Shown here: positions 27,809 through 38,417 of the stretch, one piece after another
Numbering within the stretch: the first letter of the stretch is position 1
Layout: each line of letters opens with the position of its first letter
NCBI GenBank assembly: GCA_036009485.1
Contig: DASYLQ010000316.1
Location: 1 to 48,728, forward strand
Direction: 5' to 3'
DNA: 48,728 nucleotides
Origin: Janthinobacterium sp.
GTDB lineage: Bacteria; Pseudomonadota; Gammaproteobacteria; Burkholderiales; Burkholderiaceae_D
The notes under the pieces: model-generated
What the model was told of the DNA's origin: nothing
The model's input: only the letters and a program-made list of their open reading frames with translations
Databases searched by the model: none
Made by a program: the position numbers and the translations under genes

Positions 27809-30136
27809 ATGGGATTCAAATCAGGATTTTTCACCAAGGCCATGCCCGAGACGGCCTTCGACATGGCCAACTCCGAGTTCGCCACCGGCGCCGCCGCGCC
27901 GGCCGCGCGCGTTGCGCCCTCCGCCCAGCCGGGCGCCGGAGCCCGGGCGTCCGGCGCCGGCGATGCCGGCGACGATGCGCCGCTGCGGCTGCGCGACGCG
28001 CTGTCCGGCGGCCGTTCCAGGGCCGCCGCCCCGGCCGTTGCCGACTTCCGCATGCCGCTGATCGGCCATCTGCCGCTGCCAAGACAATTGAGCATCCTGG
28101 CCACCGTGCTGGCGCTGGGCCTGGTGGTCAGCCTGGTGTTCGTCGGGATCAAGATCCGCGGCGGCGGCATCGCCTCCAGCGGCACCCACTTGTCCAGCGA
28201 TGCGATGATGCACGTCCAGCGCATCGGCAAGGCGGCGCCTAACGCGGTGCAGGGCCAGCGCGACGGCTTCCGCGAACTGGCCGAAAGCCGCGCCGATTTG
28301 AGCAAGGATCTGGACCTGATGCTGAACGGCGGCACCTACCAGGGCGGCACCGTCGAGGCGCCGCGCGCCAGCGTCCTGCCCCGGGTGCTCGACTTGCGCA
28401 AGAAATGGGTGGGCTCGGACAAGGCCGCCGGCATCATCCTCGGCATGCAGCCCGAACTGGACCGTTTCGACAAGGCGCTGCAGCGCATGAACACGCTGAC
28501 GCCGGCGCTGCTGGCCCAGGTCGAAGACTTGACGGCGCTGAAGATGCAGCGCGGCGGCAGCCCGCGCGAAGTGGCGGTGCTGGGCCGGCTGATGATGCTG
28601 ACCCAGCGCATGAGCCGCAGCGCCGGCGACTTCCTCGCCGCCGACAGCATGGGGGCGGAAATCGCCTTTTCGCTGGGGCGCGACGCCGCCTACTTCCGCA
28701 ACGCCGTCGACGGTTTCCTGGACGGCAGCCCGTCGCTGCAACTGGCCGCAACCCGCGACGCCGAGTTGCGCGACAAGTTCAGCGCGCTCAAGGCCAGCTT
28801 CAACGACTTCCAGCAGCAGGTGTCGATCGTCCTGGTCGGCGTCGACAAGTTCAGCGCCTCGAAAAACGCCGGGCAGCGCATCAGCGCCGACAACGACTCC
28901 ATGCGCCAAAGCCTGGCCGGCGTGCGCGACATCTACCGCGGCGAGCAGGATTCGCTGGGCTGGGCCTTTTGGGCGATGGTCGCCACGGCCTTGCTGACGC
29001 TGGTCGCCGCCGCCGCCATCGGCCGCGTGCTGCTGCAGGACTCGGCCAACCGCACCCGCGGCGCCGAGCGCCGCCGCCAGGAAGCGGAAGCGCAGCGCCT
29101 GGCCTCGCAACAGCAGGAGGAAGAGGCACGCGCGATGAATGCGCAAAACCAGGCGGCGATTCTGCGCCTGATGAACGAGCTGCAGGAAGTGGCCGACGGC
29201 GATTTGACGGTGCAGGCCACGGTGTCGGAAGACATCACCGGCGCCATCGCCGACTCGGTCAACTACACGGTGGAAGAGTTGCGCGGCCTGGTCGGGCGCG
29301 TCACCACCACCGCCGAGCAGGTGACGTCGGCTTCGTCGCATGCGCAAAACATCTCGAGCGACCTGCTGAACGCCTCGCAGCAGCAGTCGCGCGAAATCCA
29401 GGATGCCAGCGCCACCGTGCTGAAGATGGCGAGCGAGATCACCGACGTGTCGAAATCGGCCAGCGAATCGGCCGACGTGGCGCGCCAGTCGGTGGCGGCG
29501 GCGCGGCAGGGCTCGACGGCGGTGGAAAACGCCATCAAGGGCATGCACGAGATCCGCGAGCAGATACAGGAAACGTCGAAGCGCATCAAGCGCCTGGGCG
29601 AATCGTCGCAGGAGATCGGCGAGATCACCGAGCTGATTTCGGACATTACCGAACAGACCAACGTGCTGGCGCTGAACGCGGCGATCCAGGCCGCGTCGGC
29701 CGGCGAGGCGGGACGCGGCTTCTCGGTCGTGGCGGAAGAGGTGCAGCGCCTGGCGGAACGTTCGGCCGAGGCGGCCAAGCAGATCGGCGCGCTGGTGCGG
29801 ACGATTCAGACCGACACCCACGACGCCGTCGCGGCGATGGAAAAATCGACCCAGGGCGTGGTCGAGGGGGCGCGCCTGTCGGACGCCGCCGGCGCCGCGC
29901 TGTCGGACATCAGCCAGGTCTCGAACCGCTTGGCGGAGCTGATCCAGGGGATTTCCTTCGCCACCGGACAGCAGGCGACGTCGGCCAACGGCGTGGCGCT
30001 GAACATCCAGCACATCCTGTCGGTGACGGAACAGACCCAGGACGGCACTCAGCAGACCGCGCAGTCCATCCACAAGCTGTCGGCGCTGGCGCAGGAATTG
30101 AAGGATTCGGTCTCGCGCTTCCGCGTCGTCGCATGA
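27809..30136 (+). CDS. pilJ: Methyl-accepting chemotaxis protein PilJ
   Basis: Two TM helices around a large periplasmic domain, [20 protein letters not shown], hairpin tip [40 protein letters not shown]. Confidence 0.93.
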   Translation: MGFKSGFFTKAMPETAFDMANSEFATGAAAPAARVAPSAQPGAGARASGAGDAGDDAPLRLRDALSGGRSRAAAPAVADFRMPLIGHLPLPRQLSILATVLALGLVVSLVFVGIKIRGGGIASSGTHLSSDAMMHVQRIGKAAPNAVQGQRDGFRELAESRADLSKDLDLMLNGGTYQGGTVEAPRASVLPRVLDLRKKWVGSDKAAGIILGMQPELDRFDKALQRMNTLTPALLAQVEDLTALKMQRGGSPREVAVLGRLMMLTQRMSRSAGDFLAADSMGAEIAFSLGRDAAYFRNAVDGFLDGSPSLQLAATRDAELRDKFSALKASFNDFQQQVSIVLVGVDKFSASKNAGQRISADNDSMRQSLAGVRDIYRGEQDSLGWAFWAMVATALLTLVAAAAIGRVLLQDSANRTRGAERRRQEAEAQRLASQQQEEEARAMNAQNQAAILRLMNELQEVADGDLTVQATVSEDITGAIADSVNYTVEELRGLVGRVTTTAEQVTSASSHAQNISSDLLNASQQQSREIQDASATVLKMASEITDVSKSASESADVARQSVAAARQGSTAVENAIKGMHEIREQIQETSKRIKRLGESSQEIGEITELISDITEQTNVLALNAAIQAASAGEAGRGFSVVAEEVQRLAERSAEAAKQIGALVRTIQTDTHDAVAAMEKSTQGVVEGARLSDAAGAALSDISQVSNRLAELIQGISFATGQQATSANGVALNIQHILSVTEQTQDGTQQTAQSIHKLSALAQELKDSVSRFRVVA

Positions 30137-30176
30137 GGATGAGGATGGCCGCCCCCCTTGAACTACCGAGGTTAGC

Positions 30177-33100
30177 ATGAGCACAAGCGACTTGCCGCAG
30201 GCGCCGGCGCTATTCGACGCCGGTCCGCTGTCCTGGGTGATGGTGGAAATCCGCGAAGCACTGGGACGCTCGAAGACGGCGCTGTTCCAGGCCGGCGGAC
30301 GGGCGCTGGAAGAGCGCGCCACCGCGCTGCAGCATGCGAAATCGCATCTGCACCAGGCCCACGGCGCGCTGCAGATGGTCGACGTCGACGGCGTCGGACT
30401 GCTGACGCAGGCGGCCGAGCAGGCGCTCGACCGCTTCAAGGACGGCACGCTGGAATGCAGCGTCGACCATGCCCAGGTGCTGGCCGAGCTGTACCAGGCG
30501 CTGGCCGAATACCTGGAAGAGCTGCTCGGCGGCACGCCGCCGCGGCCTTTGCGGCTGTTCCCGTATTACCAGGCGCTGCAGCAGATGATGGGCGTCGAGC
30601 GCTTCCATCCGGCCGACCTGTTTTATCCGAACCTGAAGGCGCCGGTGGCCATTCCGGCGGCGCAGCCGCAGGCGCCGGCCGATTATCCGGCCTACCGCCA
30701 GCGCTTTGAAAAAGCCCTGCTGCCCTTCCTGAAAAGCGCCGGCGACGCGGCCCGGCTGACGCATGCGGGCGCGCTGCGCGACGCCGTCAAGCTGGTCGCC
30801 GAGGCCCAGCAGGAACCGCGCGCGCGGGTGTTCTGGTTTGCCCTGCAAACCTTCGCCGACCTGGTGGCTGGCGGCCAGCTGCCCAGCGGCCTGTATGTGA
30901 AGCAGTTGTTCGGCCTGATCAATCTGCAGATGCGCCGCCTGACGCAGGGCGAGGCCAGCCAGCCGGACAGCATGCTGCGCGACGCCCTGTTTTTCATCGC
31001 CGGCGCGGCGCAGCCGACGCCGGCCGCCCTGATGCTGCGGCGCGCCTATCGCCTGGACGGCCTGGTGCCGCCCGACTATGAGACGCGCCGCTATGGCCAG
31101 GTCGACCAGGAGGCGCTGGAGCGCGCCAGGAAAGGCCTGGCCAGCGCCAAGGCGAGTTGGGACCGGCTGGCCGCGGCGGAAATCGGCCCCGCGCTGGAGC
31201 AGGCCTTTGCCGCCGCGCTGGCCCAGGTCGCCATCGAGACGGACAAATTGAAAGCGCCGGCGCTGAGCACCCTGATGCGCCAGCTGGGCGAAGTCGCCGC
31301 GGCGGCGGCGCGGGCCGGCCGCAGCGGGGAGCTGGACCTGGAAATGGCGACGGCGCTGCTGTTCGCCGAACATGGCCTGGAACAGATCCGCCGCCTGCCC
31401 GACGATTTCAGCGGCAACGCCGAGACCATAGGCGCACGCCTGAAGGCGCTGGTGGCCGGCGAAACGCCGCCGGCGCCGTCGGAATGGCAGGGCGACGTGT
31501 CGCGCCAGATTCGCCAGGACCAGACCGTGGCCGCGCTGGCGGGCGAGATGAAGACCGGCTTGCGCCAGGTCGAGAAGGTGCTCGACGAATACTATGCCGA
31601 TCCGTCGAAGCGGCCCGCGCTGGCCCGGATCGACCCCGTGCTGCACGAGTTGCAGGGCGCCCTGTCCATCCTCGACCAGGACGAGGCCGGGCGCGCCGCG
31701 CAGCAGGTGAGGGAAGCGGTGCGGCAATTGGCGCAGGGAGCGGGCGAGCCCTCGTCCGAGCCGCGCGTGCTCGACGCCATCGCGCAGAACGTCGGCGCGC
31801 TGGGCTTTTTCGTCGACATGCTGGGCCATAATGCCGATGCCGCCAGGGAGCGTTTCAAGTTCGACGAGGCGGCGGCCACCTTCCGCGCCATCCCCTTCGA
31901 CAAAATCGCCGCCGCCGAACCGGTGCCGCTGCTCGACGAGGAACTGGCGCCGCCGGCGCCGCCGCCGGCAGCGGCGCCGTATGTGCCGCCGCTGGACTCC
32001 AGCGATGCCGCCATCGAGGCCGAACTGCTGGATATCTTCATATCCGAAGCCCAGGAAGTGCTGGCCTTCGTCGGCACCACGCTGGACCAGCCGCGCGAAC
32101 AAAGCGGCAGCCCGGAGCACCTGGCGATGCTGCGGCGTTCCTTCCATACGCTCAAGGGCAGCGGGCGCATGGTCGGGCTGAACCAGTTCGCCGACGCCGC
32201 CGCCGCCATCGAGCGCGTGATGAATGTCTGGCTGGCCGAGGAGCGCGCGGCAACGGAAGATTTGTTCGCGCTGTTGAATCATGCGTCGAACGAGATGCGT
32301 GACTGGGTCGTCGAACTGGTGGCCGACGGCGTCTCGAAACGCAGCGCCGACGCGCTGGCGGCGGCCGCCGCGCGGGTGCGCGAAGGCGCCGCCTTCGAGT
32401 TGGGCGAACCGCTGGCCGACAGCGAAGTGGCCGAATTGATAGGCGCCGGCGGCCTGGAAGATTTGTCCGGGCCGGCGCTGGAGATCGAGGCGGCCGCTGC
32501 GCCGGCACCGGTCAACGGCAATGTGATCGAGTTCCCGACCGTGGCGGCGCCGGGCGTGGCGCGCGAGGACAACCTGAAACATGTGGGCGGCCTGAAAATC
32601 AGCCTGCCTTTGTACAATATCTACCTGGCCGAGACGGATGAACTGGTGCGGCTGCTGTCGCAGGATTTCAGCGAATGGCGCCACGAGCCGCACCGGCCGG
32701 TCAGCCACGACGCCCTGCAGGCCGCGCATACGCTGACCGGATCTTCGGGCACGGTCGGCTTCAAGGCCCTGCGCGACCTGGCGCATGCGCTGGAATCGGC
32801 GCTCGAGGCGATGGTGGCGCCGGCGCCCAGCCTGAGCGAGCCGCAGCATGGCTTGCTCGAGCAGGCCGTTGGCCGCATCAAGGAAATGCTGCGCTGTTTC
32901 GCGCTCGGCGAATTGTCGCGCGCGCAGCCGGAACTGATCGCCGCGCTGGCCGGATTGCGCGAGCAACTGGCCGCGCCAAGGCCGGCCAGGACAGCCGATG
33001 CACTGGACAACCTGGAAGCGCAGCTGAACGCCATGTTCGCCATGGCGCATGCCGACATTCTGGCCGCCGCCGAGGAACCCGGCCTGGATGCGCTGTTTGC

Positions 33101-35576
33101 CGTGGCCTACGATAGCCTGAGTGGCCCGCAGGCGCCCGGCGCGCCAGCGGCGGAAAAGCCCACGCCGGCGCCCGACACCAGCGATGCCGACGACGCGTTC
33201 GATTCGATCCTTGGCGAAGCGATGGCCGCGCCGGCATCGGGCCAGGCCGAGCCGCCAGCGGCGGCGCCGGCGTCAGTCCCCGACGAAGAGGAATTGATTC
33301 CCACCGGCGCCGTCTTCACCGATGAAATCGATGCCGACCTGTTGCCGGTGTTCCTGGAAGAGGGCGCCGACCTGATGCCGCAAATCGGCCAGGCGCTGCG
33401 TACCTGGCAGCGCAATCCGCAAGACCTGGCCCAGGCGCAGCTGCTGCTGCGCGTGCTGCACACGACCAAGGGCAGCGCGCGCATGGCCGGCGCGATGCGC
33501 CTCGGCCAGCACGCGCACGAGATCGAGACCCACATCGAGAACATGCTGCACGCCGGCAGCGCCACGCCGCAAGCCTTCGAGGAATTGCTGGCCCATTACG
33601 ATCACGCACTGCAACTGTTCGAACAGTTGCAGCAGCCCGCCGCGCCGAAGCAGGCCGGCGCCGCCGCGGACGTCGCCGAAACTGCCCAGGCGCCGCTATC
33701 GGGCCCGGCGCCCGATGCCCGGGACGCGGTCAAAGAAGCCCCGGCCGCCAAGGTGGCGCTGGTGCGCGTGCGCGCCGATATCCTCGACCGCCTGGTCAAC
33801 CAGGCCGGCGAAGTGTCGATCTCGCGCTCGAAGCTGGAAAGCGAAGTCGGCGCCCTGCGCAGCTCGCTGTCGGACTTCACGGAAAACCTGGCGCGCCTGC
33901 GCCGCCAGTTGCGCGAAATCGAGATGCAGGCCGAGTCGCAGATCGCTTCGCGCATGGCGATTTCCAGCGAACGCGAATTCGACCCGCTTGAATTCGACCG
34001 TTTCACGCGGCTGCAGGAATTGACGCGCATGATGGCCGAGAGCGTGAACGACGTCGCCTCCTTCCATGAAAACCTGACGCGCAGCGTCGAGCACGCCAGC
34101 GACGACCTGGTGCTGCAGGCGCGCCTGACGCGCGACCTGCAGCGCGACCTGATGCGGGTGCGCATGGTGCCCTTCGCCAGCATCGCCGAGCGCCTGTTCC
34201 GCGTCGCCCGCCAGAGCGCCAAGGAAGTCGACAAGCGCGTCAACCTGGACATCCGCGGCGGCGCCGTGGAAATCGACCGCAGCGTGCTGGAAAGGATGGC
34301 CGCGCCGTTCGAACATTTGCTGCGCAACGCCATCGTCCACGGCATCGAGGCGCGCGCCGGCCGCGGCGCGGCGGGCAAGAACGAGACCGGCGAATTGCTG
34401 GTGCAGGTCAGCCAGCAGGGCAATGAAGTGGTGATCGAATTCAGCGACGACGGCGCCGGCCTGGACCTGGAGCGTATCCGCGCCAAGGCGCTGGCCAGCG
34501 GCTTGCTGGCAGACCAGGAAGCCGGCGATGCCCAGGTCGCCAACCTGATCTTCGAGCCGGGCTTTTCGACGGCGGACACGCTGACCGAACTGGCCGGCCG
34601 CGGCGTCGGCATGGATATCGTGCGCTCCGAGGCGCAGGCGCTGGGCGGCCGCGTCGACACCGTGTCCGAGGCGGGCAAGGGGGCGCGCTTCACGATCCAC
34701 CTGCCGCTGACGCTGGCGGTGACCCAGGTGGTGCTGCTGGCCAGCGGCGGCAAGACGCATGCGCTGCCGGCCGTCCTGGTGGAGCAGGTCCGGCAAGTCA
34801 GGGAAGCGGCGCTGGCCCAGGCGCAGGCCGACGGTTTCGTCACCTTCCAGGGGCAGCAGGTGAGCCTGCATTACCTGCCGGCGCTGCTGGGCGACACCAG
34901 GGCGCAAGCGCCGCGGCAGCGTTCCTGCCCGGTGCTGATACTCAAGAACGGCAACGAGCGGCTGGCGCTGCAGGTCGACGAAGTGCTGGGCAACCGCGAG
35001 GTCGTCATCAAGAACATCGGCCCGCAACTGGCGCGCATGGCCGGCATCGCCGGCGCCACCGTGCTGGGGTCGGGCGACATCGTGCTGATTCTGAACCCGG
35101 TGGCGCTGCAGCGCCATCTCGAGCAGCATCCGGAATTGAAGCCGGTGGTGGCGGCGGCGGCCGGCGACGGCGCCGCCGCGGCGCAGGCGCCGGGCCGGGT
35201 CATCATGGTGGTCGACGATTCGCTGACGGTGCGCCGCGTCACCCAGCGCCTGCTGGAGCGCGAGGGTTACCAGGTATTGCTGGCCAAGGATGGCGTCGAT
35301 GCGTTGGAACAATTGCAGGAAGCCAGGCCCAGCCTGATGCTGGTGGATATCGAGATGCCGCGCATGGATGGTTTCGACCTGACCCGCAACGTGCGCGACG
35401 ACGCCCGCACGCGCCACATCCCCATCGTCATGATCACCTCGCGCAGCGCCGACAAGCACCGCAACTACGCGCTGGAACTGGGCGTGAACGCGTATTTCGG
35501 CAAACCGTTCCAGGAACCGGTGCTGCTGGCCGCGATCAGCGGCCTGCTGCATGGGGATGCGGTGAGTAAAATCTAG
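30177..35576 (+). CDS. chpA: ChpA/PilL-type CheA-like hybrid kinase (multiple Hpt, HATPase, CheW, REC)
   Basis: About five Hpt-like motifs (LHQAHG, LHELQG, FHTLKG, AHTLTG, LHTTKG), HLLRNAIVHGIE, DDGAG, FEPGFST, GRGVGMD, CheW domain, C-terminal VDDS...DIEMPRMDG...KP. Confidence 0.93.
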   Translation: MSTSDLPQAPALFDAGPLSWVMVEIREALGRSKTALFQAGGRALEERATALQHAKSHLHQAHGALQMVDVDGVGLLTQAAEQALDRFKDGTLECSVDHAQVLAELYQALAEYLEELLGGTPPRPLRLFPYYQALQQMMGVERFHPADLFYPNLKAPVAIPAAQPQAPADYPAYRQRFEKALLPFLKSAGDAARLTHAGALRDAVKLVAEAQQEPRARVFWFALQTFADLVAGGQLPSGLYVKQLFGLINLQMRRLTQGEASQPDSMLRDALFFIAGAAQPTPAALMLRRAYRLDGLVPPDYETRRYGQVDQEALERARKGLASAKASWDRLAAAEIGPALEQAFAAALAQVAIETDKLKAPALSTLMRQLGEVAAAAARAGRSGELDLEMATALLFAEHGLEQIRRLPDDFSGNAETIGARLKALVAGETPPAPSEWQGDVSRQIRQDQTVAALAGEMKTGLRQVEKVLDEYYADPSKRPALARIDPVLHELQGALSILDQDEAGRAAQQVREAVRQLAQGAGEPSSEPRVLDAIAQNVGALGFFVDMLGHNADAARERFKFDEAAATFRAIPFDKIAAAEPVPLLDEELAPPAPPPAAAPYVPPLDSSDAAIEAELLDIFISEAQEVLAFVGTTLDQPREQSGSPEHLAMLRRSFHTLKGSGRMVGLNQFADAAAAIERVMNVWLAEERAATEDLFALLNHASNEMRDWVVELVADGVSKRSADALAAAAARVREGAAFELGEPLADSEVAELIGAGGLEDLSGPALEIEAAAAPAPVNGNVIEFPTVAAPGVAREDNLKHVGGLKISLPLYNIYLAETDELVRLLSQDFSEWRHEPHRPVSHDALQAAHTLTGSSGTVGFKALRDLAHALESALEAMVAPAPSLSEPQHGLLEQAVGRIKEMLRCFALGELSRAQPELIAALAGLREQLAAPRPARTADALDNLEAQLNAMFAMAHADILAAAEEPGLDALFAVAYDSLSGPQAPGAPAAEKPTPAPDTSDADDAFDSILGEAMAAPASGQAEPPAAAPASVPDEEELIPTGAVFTDEIDADLLPVFLEEGADLMPQIGQALRTWQRNPQDLAQAQLLLRVLHTTKGSARMAGAMRLGQHAHEIETHIENMLHAGSATPQAFEELLAHYDHALQLFEQLQQPAAPKQAGAAADVAETAQAPLSGPAPDARDAVKEAPAAKVALVRVRADILDRLVNQAGEVSISRSKLESEVGALRSSLSDFTENLARLRRQLREIEMQAESQIASRMAISSEREFDPLEFDRFTRLQELTRMMAESVNDVASFHENLTRSVEHASDDLVLQARLTRDLQRDLMRVRMVPFASIAERLFRVARQSAKEVDKRVNLDIRGGAVEIDRSVLERMAAPFEHLLRNAIVHGIEARAGRGAAGKNETGELLVQVSQQGNEVVIEFSDDGAGLDLERIRAKALASGLLADQEAGDAQVANLIFEPGFSTADTLTELAGRGVGMDIVRSEAQALGGRVDTVSEAGKGARFTIHLPLTLAVTQVVLLASGGKTHALPAVLVEQVRQVREAALAQAQADGFVTFQGQQVSLHYLPALLGDTRAQAPRQRSCPVLILKNGNERLALQVDEVLGNREVVIKNIGPQLARMAGIAGATVLGSGDIVLILNPVALQRHLEQHPELKPVVAAAAGDGAAAAQAPGRVIMVVDDSLTVRRVTQRLLEREGYQVLLAKDGVDALEQLQEARPSLMLVDIEMPRMDGFDLTRNVRDDARTRHIPIVMITSRSADKHRNYALELGVNAYFGKPFQEPVLLAAISGLLHGDAVSKI

Positions 35577-35856
35577 CCAAAACAGCAACTTCCGCGCTCC
35601 CCCGGCCGCCTTCATTGGCGAGTCATCAGCGAGTCATTAGCGTGTTCGCGCTCAAGGTAAAGCGTATTTTGATGCCTGCTCCTGATATTTCGGGGAGCGC
35701 CCGCTTCGGCGCGGACATCGCCGCCGCCGCGATTCAGTGTAAACTGTCGGACAGATTGGCGCCGCCGGACGCCGTAGCATGCCGGGCAATCAGCAAGAGG
35801 GGGCGCAGCTTCCAATAGTAAGGAACCAATGCAACGCCAGCAGAGAGAGTAAACGT

Positions 35857-36516
35857 ATGAAGAAGAGCAAAATCGGCAAACCGCAAGCGATGCCGGGGCT
35901 GTTACCAGACCCGACCGACGTGCTGGCCCCCGCCGGCGCCGCGCATCCGTCCACACTCAATCTGGCCAATCACTTTTTGATCGCCATGCCGTCGGTGCAG
36001 GATCCGGTCTTCGGCGGTACCGTCGTGTATGTCTGCGAACACAATGAAAACGGCGTGTTGGGTGTGGTCATCAACAAACCGACCGACATGACCATGCAGG
36101 TCTTGTTCGAACGTATAGATTTGCCAGTGTCTGTCGAGTTGCCCGAGCCTATGGTCGACGAACCCATCATGTTCGGCGGCCCGGTGCAGGATGACCGCGG
36201 TTTCGTGCTGCACACGCCGGGTGCGCGCTATTCGTCTTCGCTGACGGTCACCGACGAAATCGCCTTTACGACTTCGATCGACGTGCTGGAAGCGGTCGCC
36301 AAGGGCGCCGGGCCGCAGCGCATGCTGGTCAGCATCGGCTATTCGGGCTGGAGCCCGGGCCAGCTGGAAGACGAGATCGGCCGCAATGGCTGGCTGACGG
36401 TAGGCGCCAGCGCCGATATCCTGTTCGATCTGCCGATCGAACAACGTTATGTCGCCGCCATGAAGCTGCTGGGTATCGACCCGATGATGCTAACGTCGGA
36501 AGCCGGCCATGCATAA
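35857..36516 (+). CDS. YqgE/AlgH family protein
   Basis: FLIAMP, GVVINKP, GGPVQDDRGFVLH, GYSGWSPGQLE.EI..NGWL, EAGHA end. Start at 35857 is uncertain. Confidence 0.92.
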   Translation: MKKSKIGKPQAMPGLLPDPTDVLAPAGAAHPSTLNLANHFLIAMPSVQDPVFGGTVVYVCEHNENGVLGVVINKPTDMTMQVLFERIDLPVSVELPEPMVDEPIMFGGPVQDDRGFVLHTPGARYSSSLTVTDEIAFTTSIDVLEAVAKGAGPQRMLVSIGYSGWSPGQLEDEIGRNGWLTVGASADILFDLPIEQRYVAAMKLLGIDPMMLTSEAGHA

Positions 36517-36543
36517 GAGCCCCTCATACCGGGGCTCCGTTCT

Positions 36544-36951
36544 GTGAGCGCGGAACAGATAGACACCGTTTTTGGCTTCGATTTCGGTTTGAAACGCATC
36601 GGCGTGGCGATGGGGAATACCCTGATTCGCCAGGCCCAGCCGCTGAAAGTCATCACCGCCGTCGCCAACGAACCCAAATTCGCTGAAATCCAGGCCCTGA
36701 TAGACGAATGGCGCCCGGTGCGCCTGGTCGTCGGCGTGCCGTATCATCCGGACGGGGCCGAGCACGAGATGACCCAGCGCTGCCGCCGTTTCGCCAACCA
36801 GTTGCATGGGCGCTGCAACTTGCCGGTCGTGCTGGTCGACGAACGTTATTCGTCCGCCGTCATCCCCGCCAAACGCGGCCAGGTCATCGATGCGCTGGCT
36901 GCCTCTATAATTCTGCAACAATATTTTGACGATCATGCCCAACCCAACTAA
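36544..36951 (+). CDS. ruvX: YqgF/RuvX pre-16S rRNA nuclease (Holliday-junction-resolvase-like)
   Basis: FDFGLKRIGVA, VVGVP, DERYSS, IDALAASIILQ. Confidence 0.93.
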   Translation: MSAEQIDTVFGFDFGLKRIGVAMGNTLIRQAQPLKVITAVANEPKFAEIQALIDEWRPVRLVVGVPYHPDGAEHEMTQRCRRFANQLHGRCNLPVVLVDERYSSAVIPAKRGQVIDALAASIILQQYFDDHAQPN

Positions 36952-37459
36952 TTCTCCCCCTTACGATGCCGAGGCGCTGTACGCGGCCTTGCTGCAACAG
37001 GTGCGCAACGGCCTGGCCGGCCTGCCCGGCGTCGCCATCGTCGGCATCCATTCCGGCGGCGCCTGGCTGGCCGAGCGGCTCGCGGCCGAACTCGGCCTGA
37101 GCGAGCGCCTGGGTTTCATCGACGTCTCCTTTTACCGCGACGATTTCGCCAGGAAGGGGCTGCACCCGGACGTCAAGCCGACCCAGATCGGTTTCGACGT
37201 CGACGGCGCCACCATCCTGCTGGTCGACGATGTGCTGTACACCGGCCGCACCACGCGCGCGGCGATCAATGAACTGTTCGACTATGGCCGTCCGGCGCGC
37301 ATCATGCTGGCGGCGCTGGTCGACCGCGGCGGCCGCGAATTGCCGGTCGCCGCCGATTTCGTCGCCGCCACGGCGACGCTGCAGGCGGGCGAGGCGCTGG
37401 TGCTGCAGCGGCAGGACGATGGACAATTTACGCTAACAATAGATAACGACCATGCTTAA
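36935..37459 (+). CDS. pyrR: Bifunctional pyr regulator / uracil phosphoribosyltransferase
   Basis: [33 protein letters not shown]. Likely ATG at 36935. Confidence 0.93.
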   Translation: MPNPTNSPPYDAEALYAALLQQVRNGLAGLPGVAIVGIHSGGAWLAERLAAELGLSERLGFIDVSFYRDDFARKGLHPDVKPTQIGFDVDGATILLVDDVLYTGRTTRAAINELFDYGRPARIMLAALVDRGGRELPVAADFVAATATLQAGEALVLQRQDDGQFTLTIDNDHA

Positions 37460-38417
37460 TCCGCAATTGAATAAAAACGGCGAGCTCCAGCATCTGTTGA
37501 CGATCGAAGGCTTGCCGAAGGCCATCGTCAACCATATCCTGGACACCGCTTCTTCCTTCGTCGGCATTTCCGACCGCGACGTCAAAAAAGTCCCGCTGAT
37601 GCGCGGCAAAAGCGTGTTCAACCTGTTCTTCGAGAATTCGACGCGCACCCGCACCACCTTTGAAATCGCCTCGAAACGCCTGTCGGCCGACGTCATCAAC
37701 CTGAATATCTCGGCCTCGTCGGCCAGCAAGGGCGAATCCCTGCTCGACACCATCGACAATCTGTCGGCCATGCACGCCGATATGTTCGTCGTGCGCCACT
37801 CGCAATCGGGCGCGCCCTACCTGATCGCCAAGCACTTGATCGACACCAGACAGCCGCATGTCCACGTGGTCAACGCCGGCGACGGCCGCCATGCCCACCC
37901 GACCCAGGGCTTGCTCGACATGTACACGATCCGTCACTACAAGAAGGATTTCACGCAATTGCGCGTGGCCATCGTCGGCGACATCCTGCACAGCCGCGTG
38001 GCGCGCTCGGACATCCATGCGCTGACCACCCTGGGCGTGCCGGAAGTGCGGGCCATCGGTCCGCACACGCTGTTGCCGGGCGGCCTGGAACAGATGGGCG
38101 TGCGCGTGTTTACCGACATTAACGAAGGCTTGAAAGACGTCGACGTCATCATCATGCTGCGCCTGCAAAACGAGCGCATGAGCGGCGCCCTGCTGCCGTC
38201 GGCGCAGGAATTCTTCAAGAGCTATGGCTTGACGCCCGAGCGCCTGGCGCTGGCGAAACCGGACGCCATCGTCATGCACCCGGGGCCGATGAACCGCGGC
38301 GTGGAAATCGATTCGGCGGTGGCGGATGGCCCGCAAGCGGTGATTTTGCCGCAGGTAACGTTCGGCATTGCGGTAAGGATGGCGGTGATGAGTATTTTGG
38401 CAGGAAATCAAGGATGA
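37452..38417 (+). CDS. pyrB: Aspartate carbamoyltransferase catalytic subunit
   Basis: [31 protein letters not shown]. Confidence 0.98.
   Translation: MLNPQLNKNGELQHLLTIEGLPKAIVNHILDTASSFVGISDRDVKKVPLMRGKSVFNLFFENSTRTRTTFEIASKRLSADVINLNISASSASKGESLLDTIDNLSAMHADMFVVRHSQSGAPYLIAKHLIDTRQPHVHVVNAGDGRHAHPTQGLLDMYTIRHYKKDFTQLRVAIVGDILHSRVARSDIHALTTLGVPEVRAIGPHTLLPGGLEQMGVRVFTDINEGLKDVDVIIMLRLQNERMSGALLPSAQEFFKSYGLTPERLALAKPDAIVMHPGPMNRGVEIDSAVADGPQAVILPQVTFGIAVRMAVMSILAGNQG

Noticed and set aside
27821-35615. Very long antisense ORFs (904, 946, 639 aa) across pilJ and chpA
   Set aside because: Same stop-codon-poor antisense artefact, with no recognisable domains.
35612-35956. Small ORFs in the chpA-algH spacer
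   Set aside because: No SD, no motifs, atypical composition, and partial overlap with algH.
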